Of a stretch of 61,333 nucleotides of DNA, positions 15,231-25,184 are shown piece by piece (position 1 is the stretch's first letter; each line of letters begins with the position of its first letter). The position numbers were made by a program, and so were the translations under genes. The stretch lies in NCBI GenBank assembly GCA_964392625.1, contig CAYMQG010000104.1, positions 1-61,333 of the forward strand. Reading direction: 5' to 3'. Source of the DNA: an uncultured Gammaproteobacteria bacterium (GTDB lineage: Bacteria > Pseudomonadota > Gammaproteobacteria > Steroidobacterales > Foliamicaceae). The notes beneath the pieces were generated by a model. That model searched no databases. It was not told the origin of the DNA and worked only from the letters and a program-made list of their open reading frames with translations.

Positions 15231-16367
15231 CTAATCGTCGCGGGGGAAAGTCGTAGGCACAACCGGGTGGACCCAGTTCTTCGGGTCCTTGCGGCGGGCC
15301 GGCGAGGGGATGGAAAAATGCCGGTAGCGCCCTTCGTGCTCCAGTTTTTCGACATCGATTTCCCAGCCCTGCTTCACTTTCTCGAACAGCACTTTCCGGA
15401 ACGCCGTTTCGAGCTGGTCGGATTCGACCAGCAGCTGGTGCGCCATGGAACGCGGCACGAATTTCGGCTCCACCGAGGCGACCGCCTCATAGTCTTCGCG
15501 GAAGGCCAGCCGGATGCCGTCGAGACGCGCCTCGTCGTGCTCTTCTTCCATCAGGTAGTTGCGCGCCTGGTGCATGAAGATCCGGGTGTTGTAGGGATCG
15601 ATGGGGGTTCGGGCGGACACGGTTACCTGCCGGACATTGCCCTCGCGAGTAATGTCAATCCGGTGCGAAATGCCCGCCAGGTAGGAGTCGGTGGATGCAA
15701 CAGTCTTGCCCCTTTTCCTGGATACCAGCTTGGCGATGTCGGCACTGACCTGTGTGTGCTTGGGCGGAACCCGTTCACGCGTGGCGTTATGGCCCCCGAA
15801 GGCGTTCGCGACCAGCGGAACGATCTGCACTTTCGGCGCGCTGCGCCGGCCGAACCGGGAATGCACGAAGGCCGGGTGCGCGCTGTCGAGCGAGTTCTCG
15901 TGACCGCGGGCCCAGTTCACGTCGGCGTCGAACTCGATCGAGACTACCCGCCAGTTTTCCTTGTCTTGGTATTCGGGGAAATCGGTTGCCGGGATCGCGG
16001 GACGCTCCTCCTCCTCCAGGTCGCCCAGGAAAACCCAGACCCAGTCGAAATGCTCTTCGACGGGATACGAGTCCACCCGCGCGCGCCTGGGGATGTTGGT
16101 ATCTTTTCCAAGCGCGGGAATCTCGACGCACTGGCCCTGCGCATTGAATTTCCAGCCGTGGTAGCCGCAGGCAATACATCCGGCGCCGTCCAGTTCACCC
16201 CGGCCAATGGAACCGCCGCGATGGCAGCAGGTGTTGGTCAGACAGACGGCCTTGTCTTCCGGAGTTCGGAAGAGCACGAAATTCTGGCCTAACATACGCA
16301 CGATCAATGGCTTCTCGGCATTCACCTCCTGGCTTTTTGCCGCCACGTACCAGTTGTTCATCAACAT
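15231..16367 (-). CDS. Rieske non-haem-iron oxygenase, VanA/phthalate-family alpha subunit-like (paralog of 33527..34669)
   Basis: N-terminus MLMNNWYVAAKSQEV, Rieske motif CCHRGGSIG...CGYHGWKF, and iron site ENSLDSAHPAFVH. An alternative upstream ATG exists at 16391. Confidence 0.8.
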   Translation of the reverse strand: MLMNNWYVAAKSQEVNAEKPLIVRMLGQNFVLFRTPEDKAVCLTNTCCHRGGSIGRGELDGAGCIACGYHGWKFNAQGQCVEIPALGKDTNIPRRARVDSYPVEEHFDWVWVFLGDLEEEERPAIPATDFPEYQDKENWRVVSIEFDADVNWARGHENSLDSAHPAFVHSRFGRRSAPKVQIVPLVANAFGGHNATRERVPPKHTQVSADIAKLVSRKRGKTVASTDSYLAGISHRIDITREGNVRQVTVSARTPIDPYNTRIFMHQARNYLMEEEHDEARLDGIRLAFREDYEAVASVEPKFVPRSMAHQLLVESDQLETAFRKVLFEKVKQGWEIDVEKLEHEGRYRHFSIPSPARRKDPKNWVHPVVPTTFPRDD

Positions 16368-16462
16368 GCTCGTCCCCCATTTGTCCGACATACAACCATT
16401 CGGTTCGACGGTCGGGCGCGGATGTGATCGTTCATTTTAGCTTTCCCCGCTGAACCCGAAAG

Positions 16463-17926
16463 ATGCTGCGTACCGGCAAGAAATTCCTGGCTGGGTTGAA
16501 GGATGGGCGCAAGGTCTATATCGGCGGCGAGGAGGTGGAAGACGTTGTCGAACACCCGGCCTTCAGCGGCGCTGCGCGAACGCTGGCCGGGCTGTTCGAC
16601 TACAAGGCCGACCCCGCCAACGGCGAGCCGATGGCGTTCGAGGAGGAGGGCGAGAAATTCTCGTCCTATTTCCTAAAGCCACGAACCCGCGAAGACCTGG
16701 TCAAGCGCTCGCAGGCGCATTACGCGATCGCCGAACGGACATACGGCCTTTTCGGCCGAAGTCCCGATCACGTCGCCAGTTTTGTGACGGGCCTGGCGAT
16801 GAACCCGGAAATACTGGACCGGGACGGCGATTCCTACTCGGGCCATATCACCGACTACTACGAGCACCTCAGAAGGAACGACCTGTATGCCTCGTATGCC
16901 GTGCATCCGGCCCCCCAGTCCAAGAACGAAAACATCTTCGGCGACACCAAGGGCTACCAGGCCGTGCTGCAGGTCGTCGACGAGGACGACAACGGCGTCA
17001 TCCTGAACGGAATGAAGATGCTGGCCACGGCCGGTGTGTTCTGCGATGAAGTCTGGATCGGAAACCTGACGCCGATTTCCGATGACAAGAAAAAGGAAGC
17101 CATAACCTGCGCCGTGCCGATGAATGCCGCGGGGTTGACCCTCTGGGTTCGCAAGCCCATGGAGCTGTATGCGGCCACGGAGTTCGACAGTCCCCTGGCG
17201 TCGAATTTCGACGAAAGCGACGTGATGCTGATCTTCGATAACGTGCGGGTGCCCTGGGAGCGCGTTTTCGTTCACGACCGCGCGGCGCTCTCGCGGGAGA
17301 TTTATGTCCAGACCGCCTCGCACACGCTCGGCAATCACCAGTCCAATGTGCGCTTCCATGCAAAACTGCGGTTCATCGCCGGAATCATCCACAAGATCAC
17401 GCAATCCGCCGGGGTGGACGGTATTCCCGTCGTGGCGGAAAAACTCGGAAGACTGGCAGCGTGGGAAGCGGCCCTGGGCGGGATGATCCAGGGCCAGATA
17501 CAGGACTGCGAAGATCTCGGCAACGGCTATTTGAATTTCAATCGGCGCTACATGTATGCGGCGCTCAACTGGTGCCAGGAGCACTACCCCGGGATCATCG
17601 CGATGATGCGGGAACTGTCCGGCGGCAGCGTGTTCCAGATGCCCGCCGACATCTCGGTTCTGGAAAACCCGGCGACACGCGATATCTTCCGGGACTACTG
17701 GGCGTCCGGAAACGAAACCGCGGTGGAGCGCGTCAAGCTGTACCGCCTGGCCTGGGACATGTACGGCAGCGAATTCGGGTCGCGCCAGCAGCAATACGAG
17801 AACTTTTTCGCCGGGCCGTCCTTCATCGTGCGCAACCACAGTTTCCGGGAGGCGCCCTGGAGCGCCTTTGGCGCGGTCGTGAACGGCCTGCTGGACAGCA
17901 TCCCGCTGCCCGGGGAGTCCGAATAA
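16463..17926 (+). CDS. 4-hydroxyphenylacetate 3-monooxygenase oxygenase-component family (HpaB-like, group D flavin monooxygenase)
   Basis: 487 aa, MLRTGKKFLAGLKDGRKVYIGGEEVEDVVEHPAFSGAARTLAGLFD. The N-terminus and length are typical of HpaB. Confidence 0.7.
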   Translation: MLRTGKKFLAGLKDGRKVYIGGEEVEDVVEHPAFSGAARTLAGLFDYKADPANGEPMAFEEEGEKFSSYFLKPRTREDLVKRSQAHYAIAERTYGLFGRSPDHVASFVTGLAMNPEILDRDGDSYSGHITDYYEHLRRNDLYASYAVHPAPQSKNENIFGDTKGYQAVLQVVDEDDNGVILNGMKMLATAGVFCDEVWIGNLTPISDDKKKEAITCAVPMNAAGLTLWVRKPMELYAATEFDSPLASNFDESDVMLIFDNVRVPWERVFVHDRAALSREIYVQTASHTLGNHQSNVRFHAKLRFIAGIIHKITQSAGVDGIPVVAEKLGRLAAWEAALGGMIQGQIQDCEDLGNGYLNFNRRYMYAALNWCQEHYPGIIAMMRELSGGSVFQMPADISVLENPATRDIFRDYWASGNETAVERVKLYRLAWDMYGSEFGSRQQQYENFFAGPSFIVRNHSFREAPWSAFGAVVNGLLDSIPLPGESE

Positions 17927-17939
17927 ACAGGAAACTTGC

Positions 17940-19139
17940 TTGGCGGACGTCGATCGAGTCCTGATCGCAGGCGCCGGTCCCGTCGGGCTGAGTTGCGCCC
18001 TGTTCCTGACCCGCAGCGGCATACCGGTTTCGGTATTCGAGGCCGAGAGCGAGCTGCCCGAAGACATGCGCGCATCGACTTTTCATCCGGCCACGCTGGA
18101 TGTGCTCGATGACCCCGAAATCGTCGGGGATTTGCTCGCGGATGGCGTCAAGTGCAGGCAGTGGCAGTACCGCAATCACGAAACGGGCGAATGCGCCGTG
18201 TTCGACATGGACGTCCTGCGGGGCCGGACCTCTCACCCCTACAGGCTGCAATGCGAACAGTTCCGGCTGACCCGGGCGATCTGCTCGAGGCTCGGAGACA
18301 ACAGTCTGTTCAATCTCGAGTTCGGGGTCCGCGTGACCCATGCCGGGCAGAACGAAGACGGCGTCGACGTCAAGGTGGAAGCGCCGGACGGGCCGCGAAC
18401 GGTCCCCGGCAGCTTTATCATCGGCGCGGACGGCGCGGGGAGTCGGATCCGCAAGGCCATGGGCCTGGACTTCAAGGGCGAGACGTATCCGGTCACGTCA
18501 CTGACGGTTGCGGTTCGCTATCCCTTCGACAGGCATATCGAAGGCCTGTTGCCGGTCAATTACTGCTGGACCGAAGACAGTCACTTCAGCATGATGCAGC
18601 TGAAGGACGTCTGGCGGGTCGGTTTTGCGCCCAAACCGGGGCAGTCGCATCAGCAAGCGTTGCAGCCGGATCAGATCCAGGCCCGGCTGCAGGAAATCCA
18701 CCCGAAAGAGGGTCCATACGAGATCGCTCACACAGGCGCCTACACCATTCACCGGCGGATCGCAGACAGTTTCCGCGCAGGGCGCATGGTCTTGGCGGGC
18801 GATGCCGCGCATCTGAACAGTCCTTCGGGCGGCATGGGCATGAACAGCGGCATTCACGACGCGCGCAACCTTTGCGACAAGCTGGGCGCGATCATCCTCG
18901 AGGGCGCGGACGAATCGTTGCTGGACCGTTATTCGCGGCAGCGCCGTTCAATCGCCCTCGATGAGGTGCAGGTCAGGTCCGACCGGAATTACCGGCGCCA
19001 CAGGGTGAAGGGCAAGAGGGAAAGAGCCGAAGTCTGGGACGAGCTACGGCGCGTGACGGGCGACCGCCGCCTGATGACCGACTTCCTGATGGAAAGCTCG
19101 ATGCTGCGGTCGCTTGAGAAGGCAGAGCGGATCGAGTAG
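17940..19139 (+). CDS. FAD-dependent aromatic-hydroxylase-type monooxygenase (group A)
   Basis: Carries VLIAGAGPVGLSCALFLTRSGIPVSVFE and LAGDAAHLNSPSGGMGMNSGIHDARNL. TTG start. Confidence 0.75.
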   Translation: MADVDRVLIAGAGPVGLSCALFLTRSGIPVSVFEAESELPEDMRASTFHPATLDVLDDPEIVGDLLADGVKCRQWQYRNHETGECAVFDMDVLRGRTSHPYRLQCEQFRLTRAICSRLGDNSLFNLEFGVRVTHAGQNEDGVDVKVEAPDGPRTVPGSFIIGADGAGSRIRKAMGLDFKGETYPVTSLTVAVRYPFDRHIEGLLPVNYCWTEDSHFSMMQLKDVWRVGFAPKPGQSHQQALQPDQIQARLQEIHPKEGPYEIAHTGAYTIHRRIADSFRAGRMVLAGDAAHLNSPSGGMGMNSGIHDARNLCDKLGAIILEGADESLLDRYSRQRRSIALDEVQVRSDRNYRRHRVKGKRERAEVWDELRRVTGDRRLMTDFLMESSMLRSLEKAERIE

Positions 19140-19149
19140 ATCGACGCCG

Positions 19150-19872
19150 CTAGAGCAGGCGTCCGCCGGTGACGTTGAGCGTCGCCCCGGTCATGTAGTC
19201 GGCGGCGGAAGAACACAGGAAAGCGATCGATCGGGCCACCTCGCGGGGACTGCAAAGGCGCCCGAGGGGAATCTCATCGATGATCCGGTCCTGTTGCGAA
19301 GGCTCCAGCCGGCGGAACATCGGCGTATCTATCGTGCCGGGCACGATGCAGTTGACCCGGATTCCATCCGGCGCCCATTCCTTCGCCAGGTAGCGCGCCA
19401 GGTTGATGATCCCGGCCTTGGCCGCCGCGTAGGCGGGGCCGGAGAGATGCGAGCCGCCGTGAACGCCGTTGGGGGAGGAAACCAGGACGAGGCAGCCTCC
19501 CGTTTCGCTCAGGTGTTCATGCGTGGCCCGCGCCAGGAGATAAGCCGATGTCAGATTGACGTCGATGAGCCGCCGCCAGTCTTCCGGTTCCGTATCGACG
19601 AGTTTGCCGCCGCCCACCGCGCCGGCGGCGTGGATGACATAGTGGATCTTCGAGAATTGCCGTAAGCATTCGCTTACCGCCTCGCGCAGATCGCCTTCCG
19701 AGGCGACGTCGCCGGCAAGCGCGAGAGCGGCGCCGGCCCCGGCCTTCTTGAGGTCAAGGCCGGCGACTTCGGCACCGGCTTCGGAAAAAAGCTCGGCGAC
19801 CGCCTTTCCGACGCCGCTCGCGGCGCCAGTTACGAACGCTACTTTGCCCCTGGCATTGAAGGACGGCGTCAC
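19150..19872 (-). CDS. Short-chain dehydrogenase/reductase
   Basis: Carries VAFVTGAASGVGKA and YAAAKAGIINLAR. There is a 4-nt overlap with the upstream gene. Confidence 0.8.
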   Translation of the reverse strand: MTPSFNARGKVAFVTGAASGVGKAVAELFSEAGAEVAGLDLKKAGAGAALALAGDVASEGDLREAVSECLRQFSKIHYVIHAAGAVGGGKLVDTEPEDWRRLIDVNLTSAYLLARATHEHLSETGGCLVLVSSPNGVHGGSHLSGPAYAAAKAGIINLARYLAKEWAPDGIRVNCIVPGTIDTPMFRRLEPSQQDRIIDEIPLGRLCSPREVARSIAFLCSSAADYMTGATLNVTGGRLL

Positions 19873-20600
19873 GCCGCTTGCCTGGCCACCAGCTTGTCGT
19901 ATATCCCGTTGAGCATGCTGTAGCGCAACTCCGCCGTGGCTCTGACGATATTCAGCGCGCGCTTTTGAAGCGCAGGCGTGTCCGCGTAGCGATAAGTGAG
20001 TTCGAGACCGGTCTGCGCGTGTTCCACGTCGCCCTCGATGTGCACGTGGAAGAACTCCAGGTCGTCTTCGGAGAAGCCCATTTTTTCCATGGCCGCGACG
20101 TACATGGGGAACAGCGTCGGCAACTGGCCTTCAAGCGCCACCATGATGCCCGCGCAGGCCTCCGAGACGTGTCGTATGGCCGTCAGTTCCCAGGTCCAGG
20201 CGGCCATCGCGCGCGTAGTGGGCAGGATGCGGTTCTCGTCCTCGCCGTCGACGATGTGGCCGCGCGATTTCCCGCAGGCCATGCCGAACTTGACCAGCAA
20301 CTCCGGGTGCCGCTTCTCCGGCTGGTCCGGCATCTCCTCGCCCAGCATGTTCTCGAGCAGGTGCTGGCGACCGTCCAGGTCGGGAAGCCGCGAATAAAGC
20401 AGCGCGAAATGCTGGGGGACCGGCCGGATGTAGTAATAGTGCTGGACCGCCCATTCGCCGAGCTGGTCCCGGCTCAATTCGCCCGCGGCCCAGGCGGCGC
20501 TGAACGGATGCAGCCCGCTATGGCTCGGTTTCCGCGCCGCCTCGAGCGCGGCCCAGAACTCCTCTTTCGGTATCAGCTTGTCCACGCCGCTCTCCCGCAT
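19869..20600 (-). CDS. PqqC/TenA/CADD-like haem-oxygenase-fold (putative di-iron) protein
   Basis: 243 aa, helical. Reads WAVQHYYYIRPVPQHF, LLENMLGEE...HPELL and FFHVHIEGDVEHA. The pattern resembles PqqC/CADD-type iron-containing redox enzymes. Confidence 0.5.
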   Translation of the reverse strand: MRESGVDKLIPKEEFWAALEAARKPSHSGLHPFSAAWAAGELSRDQLGEWAVQHYYYIRPVPQHFALLYSRLPDLDGRQHLLENMLGEEMPDQPEKRHPELLVKFGMACGKSRGHIVDGEDENRILPTTRAMAAWTWELTAIRHVSEACAGIMVALEGQLPTLFPMYVAAMEKMGFSEDDLEFFHVHIEGDVEHAQTGLELTYRYADTPALQKRALNIVRATAELRYSMLNGIYDKLVARQAA

Positions 20601-20636
20601 TCCGCGGTTCCCGTTGTCAGGGTTGGTCGAGCGCGC

Positions 20637-23093
20637 CTAATAGCTGAAGGAGAGGGTCACGCCGCACTTGCGGCCCTCGCGCTCATGTATGACGCGGTGC
20701 GGCACGCCCAGGAAGTTCCGCAGCAGGAACGATCGGACCGGCGTGTCGTCATCCGTCACGTTGCTGCAGAAGCCCTGCACTGACAGGTTTTCCCTCTGCA
20801 GGCCGAAGCGCACATTGACGGTCGTCTGACTGCCGATATACCCGGTATTGGAATCGTCGATATAGCGTTTGCCGCGAAACACGGCGTCGGCGCGGCCAAA
20901 AAAGTCGTAGCCGCCGTTCATCAACCGGCTGACGAACGCGATGCCGACATTACCGGAGTGCTTGCTGACGCTGGAGAACTGATTTCCCGTGATTTCGCCG
21001 GTGGTGATCGGGCCTTCGCCCATATCGTCGGCCATGACGGCGCAATCCAGGATGTCGCACACCCCCTCGAGATCATCGGTCGCGGTGGAGTAGGCGTGGC
21101 CGTACTCGGTATCGGTAAAGGCGTATCCGAGGTTCAGGCTGATGGCCTCCGTCAGCGCGACGAAGGCCTCCAGTTCGATGCCCTGCACCTCGGAGCCCTC
21201 GATATTGCGCACGATCGGGCTGCTGCTCGTCGCCAGTTCCGTGCCCGCGATCAACTGCTGGTCCTTCCAGTCCGTGTAGAAGATGGACGCATTCACTTGC
21301 GCGGCGCCGAACAGGTTGACCTTGGCGCCGGCTTCGTAGGTCCAGTTCGTTTCGATCTCGAAGCTGCGTTCAGATACCGAACAGTCCGGACCCGGGTCGT
21401 TGGGGCCCACACAGATTGAACCGGAGTTGAAGCCCCCGGATTTCGCGCCCCGGGCGGCCACCGCGTAGAGCAGTGTGTTCTCGTTCGGCCGGTAGGAAAC
21501 GACGCCTCGCGGCGTAAGGAAGGTGAAAGTGTCCTCGAAGCGACCCTGCGGCGGTACATAACTCCTGCTGGAGGGATCCCGAAGAGGGAATACGTTCTGC
21601 ATTTCGTTGAATTCTTTCTTTTCCGACGTGTAACGCAGTTCCAAAGCGAGATTCATCTGCTCCGAGGCATCGAAGTCAACGGCGCCGTACGCCGACCGGA
21701 ACGTGTTCTTGCGATTGACCTCCTCGTCCAGCACGGGCGGGCATCCCTGCGTGTAGACGGTGCTTCTGGATCTCACGGGCGGGTCCGAGCAGCGCTTGCG
21801 GTTGTCGTCGAAATCCTCGCTGCTGAAGTAAACGCCGACCAGCCAGTCCAGGCTATTGTCGCCGCTCGATTGCATGCGCAGGTCCTGGCTGATTTCGCGG
21901 CGGTCCTCATCCGATCCCGTCAGCGATTGCGCGAGCACGGGTCCGCCCGACAGGGCCTGGGTCCTGCGCCCTACGATGCCGGAGAACGACGTGCCTTCCG
22001 GGCTGGTATCGGCATCGGAGAACGTAAAGGCCTTGCGGTCCTGCAGACCGGTAAGCGAGGTGACCGTGACCGTGTCGAGGTCCCAGCTCAGTTCCAGTAC
22101 AGCGCGCAGGGAGTTCCGGTCCCCGGCCACGCCCATCGGGTCGGCGAACAGCTCTCCTTCCGTGGACGTGACTTCACCGTCAAACAAACGGGGAATACCG
22201 CAGTCGATCTCGCCGCCCAGGCCGTCCCGGCAGATGCCGGCCGCCGTGGACTCGCCGCGCTCGAAGGGGCTGACCGAGGCCGGCTTGCCGATCAGGCGAG
22301 GGTCGTCGTCGGCGACAAAGGCCCGCGGGCTTGGCGAAATCTCGTCGTCCCTGTAGGCGAGCGAGAAGAATCCCTCCAGGGATTCGTTCGGATTGAACAC
22401 GACGTTGAGGCGCACGAACCCGGACTCCTGCTCGTTCAGCCGGTCGCCGTTGATGATGTTGGTATGCGTTCCGCCGCTGTTGAAGACGCCGGCGTCGATC
22501 CGCGCTGCCAGCCGATTCTCGACCAGGGGCAGGGAAATGTAAGCGGATGCATCCCACTTGCCTTCCGTGGCCGCCGTCGCCCGGCCGCCCAATTCCAACT
22601 CGTCTCCGGGCCTTCGGGTGATGTAGTTGATCGATCCGGCGAAGCTGTTGCGGCCCTGCAGTGCGCTTTGCGGGCCCTTGGCCACCTCGACCCGCTCAAG
22701 GCCGTCGAAGCCTATGGACGTCGAACCGGTAAAGCCGGGCGTGTGGACGCCATCCACGAAGGTCGACACATTGACTTCGTCGCCCACGCGGGTCTGCTGA
22801 TTCAGACCGCGAATGATCGGCCGCGAACCGGCGATGCTGCCTGTGGTTTCGAAATCGAGGCCGGGCACGTGGTGCGCCAGGTCCAGAAGGTGCTCGACAC
22901 CGCGATTCTGCAGCTCCTCCCAGCCGAGCGCCGAAACGGATAGCGGCAATTCCGACAGCCTCTCTTCGCGCTTGCGTGTGGTGACGACTATTTCTTCGAT
23001 CTGCGCCTGGGCGACGGTCAGGGCGAAATCGCTTGCAAGAAATAGGCCCGCGAGTACCGTAGTTACGGTGAGAGTCGAACGGTGAATGTTCAT
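20637..23093 (-). CDS. TonB-dependent receptor
   Basis: Signal peptide followed by a plug domain (EEIVVTTRKREERLSELPLSVSAL..., VEVAKGPQSALQGRNSFAGSINY). 818 aa, with a beta-barrel ending in an aromatic residue. Confidence 0.85.
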   Translation of the reverse strand: MNIHRSTLTVTTVLAGLFLASDFALTVAQAQIEEIVVTTRKREERLSELPLSVSALGWEELQNRGVEHLLDLAHHVPGLDFETTGSIAGSRPIIRGLNQQTRVGDEVNVSTFVDGVHTPGFTGSTSIGFDGLERVEVAKGPQSALQGRNSFAGSINYITRRPGDELELGGRATAATEGKWDASAYISLPLVENRLAARIDAGVFNSGGTHTNIINGDRLNEQESGFVRLNVVFNPNESLEGFFSLAYRDDEISPSPRAFVADDDPRLIGKPASVSPFERGESTAAGICRDGLGGEIDCGIPRLFDGEVTSTEGELFADPMGVAGDRNSLRAVLELSWDLDTVTVTSLTGLQDRKAFTFSDADTSPEGTSFSGIVGRRTQALSGGPVLAQSLTGSDEDRREISQDLRMQSSGDNSLDWLVGVYFSSEDFDDNRKRCSDPPVRSRSTVYTQGCPPVLDEEVNRKNTFRSAYGAVDFDASEQMNLALELRYTSEKKEFNEMQNVFPLRDPSSRSYVPPQGRFEDTFTFLTPRGVVSYRPNENTLLYAVAARGAKSGGFNSGSICVGPNDPGPDCSVSERSFEIETNWTYEAGAKVNLFGAAQVNASIFYTDWKDQQLIAGTELATSSSPIVRNIEGSEVQGIELEAFVALTEAISLNLGYAFTDTEYGHAYSTATDDLEGVCDILDCAVMADDMGEGPITTGEITGNQFSSVSKHSGNVGIAFVSRLMNGGYDFFGRADAVFRGKRYIDDSNTGYIGSQTTVNVRFGLQRENLSVQGFCSNVTDDDTPVRSFLLRNFLGVPHRVIHEREGRKCGVTLSFSY

Positions 23094-23202
23094 GAGATCC
23101 CCCCTCCTGAACTGGCATTGTTCGATACGCTGCCTGTGGAACAGGTTATATCACACGACTTTGCAGGGTTTCGGTTGACCGCTTATCCGAAGATGCTCGA
23201 AA

Positions 23203-23221
23203 GCCAACGCATCGCGTTGGC
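23203..23221. promoter_or_regulatory. Perfect palindrome GCCAACGC-ATC-GCGTTGGC in the divergent TBDR / FAD-monooxygenase intergenic region; candidate operator
   Basis: 8-bp arms with a 3-nt spacer, ending 20 nt before ATG 23242. Confidence 0.3.
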
Positions 23222-23241
23222 AAGCGACGCGCGAAGGCGAC

Positions 23242-24441
23242 ATGTCAATAGCCGGGCATGACCCGGTCCTGGTGGCCGGCGCCGGGCCCGTAGGGCTGGT
23301 TGCCGCGCTGCTGCTCGCCAGGGCAGGCGTGCGTGTGAGGGTCTTCGAGAAGCGCGAGTCTCTCAGCCGCGCGTCCAGGGCCTCGACCTTTCATCCGCCC
23401 ACGCTGGCCATACTGGACGAACTCGGCGTGGCGGACACGGCGATTGGCGCCGGCAGGGTCGTACGGGAGATTCAATATCTGGACGGCGCCCATAAGGTGC
23501 TGGCCCGGTTCGACATGGCGGACCTTGCGACGGAGACGCCCTTTCCCTTTCGCCTGCACTATGAACAGGGGGAGCTCACGCGGGACATCGTCGGGGCTCT
23601 TGAGCGGTTGCCGAACGCCGAAATCACGTTCCGGGCGGAGGTCATCGGCGCGGAGACGGCCGGCTCGCAGGTCGCCGCCGACATCCGGTGCCCTGCAGGG
23701 CGGCAGAAGGTCATCGGGTCATGGCTGTTTGCAGCGGACGGCGCACGCAGCGCCGTGCGGGAAAGCCTCGGGATTGAATTCGACGAACGGCCCTACGGAA
23801 CGCACGTGCTTCGCGTCATGACACGCCAGGACCTGGACACCGTGGTTCGCGGAATAGCGCCGCTCAGTTACATCTTCAATGACGAGGGGTCCTGCAGCCT
23901 GCTCGAGATGCCCGATTGCTGGCGCATCATCCTCAGGGTTCCTGCGGGGACACCGCAGCGACTGGCGCTCGACATGGACTGGCTCAGGGAACGGCTCGGC
24001 AGGTTCTTTGCCCCGTCCGACCTTCGCGAACCGGATTTCGTTTCGACCGACATCTTCGCGGTAAGCAGGGCCATTGCCGGCGAAAACCGCGCGGGCCGGA
24101 TCTTTCTGGTCGGCGACGCCGCGCACCTGACCAATACGCGCGGCGGCATGAACATGAACTGCGGAATTCATGACGCCTATGCGATCGCCGGCGCCCTGAT
24201 CGACACGCTGAAGGGCGGCCCCGAGAGTATGCTTGGGCGGCCCGCCGAGGAGCGGCATGAAATTGCGCGAAACGAACTTATTCCACGCACCGATCATAGG
24301 GTCGCCAGGGCCAATGACTGGCTTCGCGAAGTACGCGACTGCGCCGGCGATCCGATGAGGGCTCGGGAATTTCTCCGGTCCGCATCGATGCTGGACATCG
24401 CCCCGCGCGTGAAGCCGCGTCGGGAAAGCCTTGCCGGCTGA
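23242..24441 (+). CDS. FAD-dependent aromatic-hydroxylase-type monooxygenase (paralog of 17940..19139)
   Basis: Carries VLVAGAGPVGLVAALLLARAGVRVRVFE and LVGDAAHLTNTRGGMNMNCGIHDAYAI. Confidence 0.75.
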   Translation: MSIAGHDPVLVAGAGPVGLVAALLLARAGVRVRVFEKRESLSRASRASTFHPPTLAILDELGVADTAIGAGRVVREIQYLDGAHKVLARFDMADLATETPFPFRLHYEQGELTRDIVGALERLPNAEITFRAEVIGAETAGSQVAADIRCPAGRQKVIGSWLFAADGARSAVRESLGIEFDERPYGTHVLRVMTRQDLDTVVRGIAPLSYIFNDEGSCSLLEMPDCWRIILRVPAGTPQRLALDMDWLRERLGRFFAPSDLREPDFVSTDIFAVSRAIAGENRAGRIFLVGDAAHLTNTRGGMNMNCGIHDAYAIAGALIDTLKGGPESMLGRPAEERHEIARNELIPRTDHRVARANDWLREVRDCAGDPMRAREFLRSASMLDIAPRVKPRRESLAG

Positions 24442-24448
24442 TCCCGCA

Positions 24449-25174
24449 ATGACCCGGCGGGTGGGCGTGGTCGTGCCGCCGGCCAACCCGACCGTGGAGC
24501 CGGAAATGGCCCGCCTGCTCCCGGGGGGCATGGCGATGTACGTGTCGCGGCTGCCCCTCATGCCCGGCAGGACGCTCAAGGAACGCAACCGCTTGTACGT
24601 AACGCATTACCGCAACGCCATCGAGTCCTTCGGCGGCTTGAAACCGGATCCGGTGCTCATCGCCGTCACCGGTCCCTCCTACCGCCTGCTGCCGGAGGGC
24701 GACAGAAAACTCTGCGCCGACCTGAGCGCGGCAACCGGCGCACGCGTGATGACCGCCAGCCTGGCCATCCACGAAGCCATTCAAGCGTTGCGTTGCCAGG
24801 AAATTTCCCTGGTATCCCCATACCCGGACTGGCTGACCTCCTTGGGCGCGGCCTACTGGAAAGCCGCCGGCCACCACGTGGCCTCGATCACGCGCGTCTT
24901 CGATGAAGGCGCAGGACTCGGCGCCTACGACGCAACGACCCCGCAGGTCGTCAAGGCGCTGAAATCCGTCCAGCCTCGGAAGAATTCCGCTATCGTCCTT
25001 TCGGGCACCGGCATGGTGACGCTCGAAGCCATCCGCACCGTCCACCGCGATTTCCGCGTCCCGCTCCTGTCATCCAACCTCTGCGGCGCTTGGTGGCTAA
25101 TGCGCGAGGCTGGCTTGAAGTCCGGCTCCACCCTCTTCAACGCCATCGCAGGCGAGTTACTGGCAACCCTTTGA
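24449..25174 (+). CDS. Asp/Glu/hydantoin-racemase superfamily protein (maleate isomerase / arylmalonate decarboxylase-like)
   Basis: Reads MTRRVGVVVPPANPTVEPEM..., the typical N-terminus of this fold. ATG 24449 lies 8 nt after the upstream stop. Confidence 0.5.
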   Translation: MTRRVGVVVPPANPTVEPEMARLLPGGMAMYVSRLPLMPGRTLKERNRLYVTHYRNAIESFGGLKPDPVLIAVTGPSYRLLPEGDRKLCADLSAATGARVMTASLAIHEAIQALRCQEISLVSPYPDWLTSLGAAYWKAAGHHVASITRVFDEGAGLGAYDATTPQVVKALKSVQPRKNSAIVLSGTGMVTLEAIRTVHRDFRVPLLSSNLCGAWWLMREAGLKSGSTLFNAIAGELLATL

Positions 25175-25184
25175 ACCCGCACTG

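Noticed and set aside
16673-18067. A 464-aa minus-strand ORF opposite the HpaB-like gene.
   Set aside because: It is an antisense shadow. The plus strand has a full-length HpaB-type protein.
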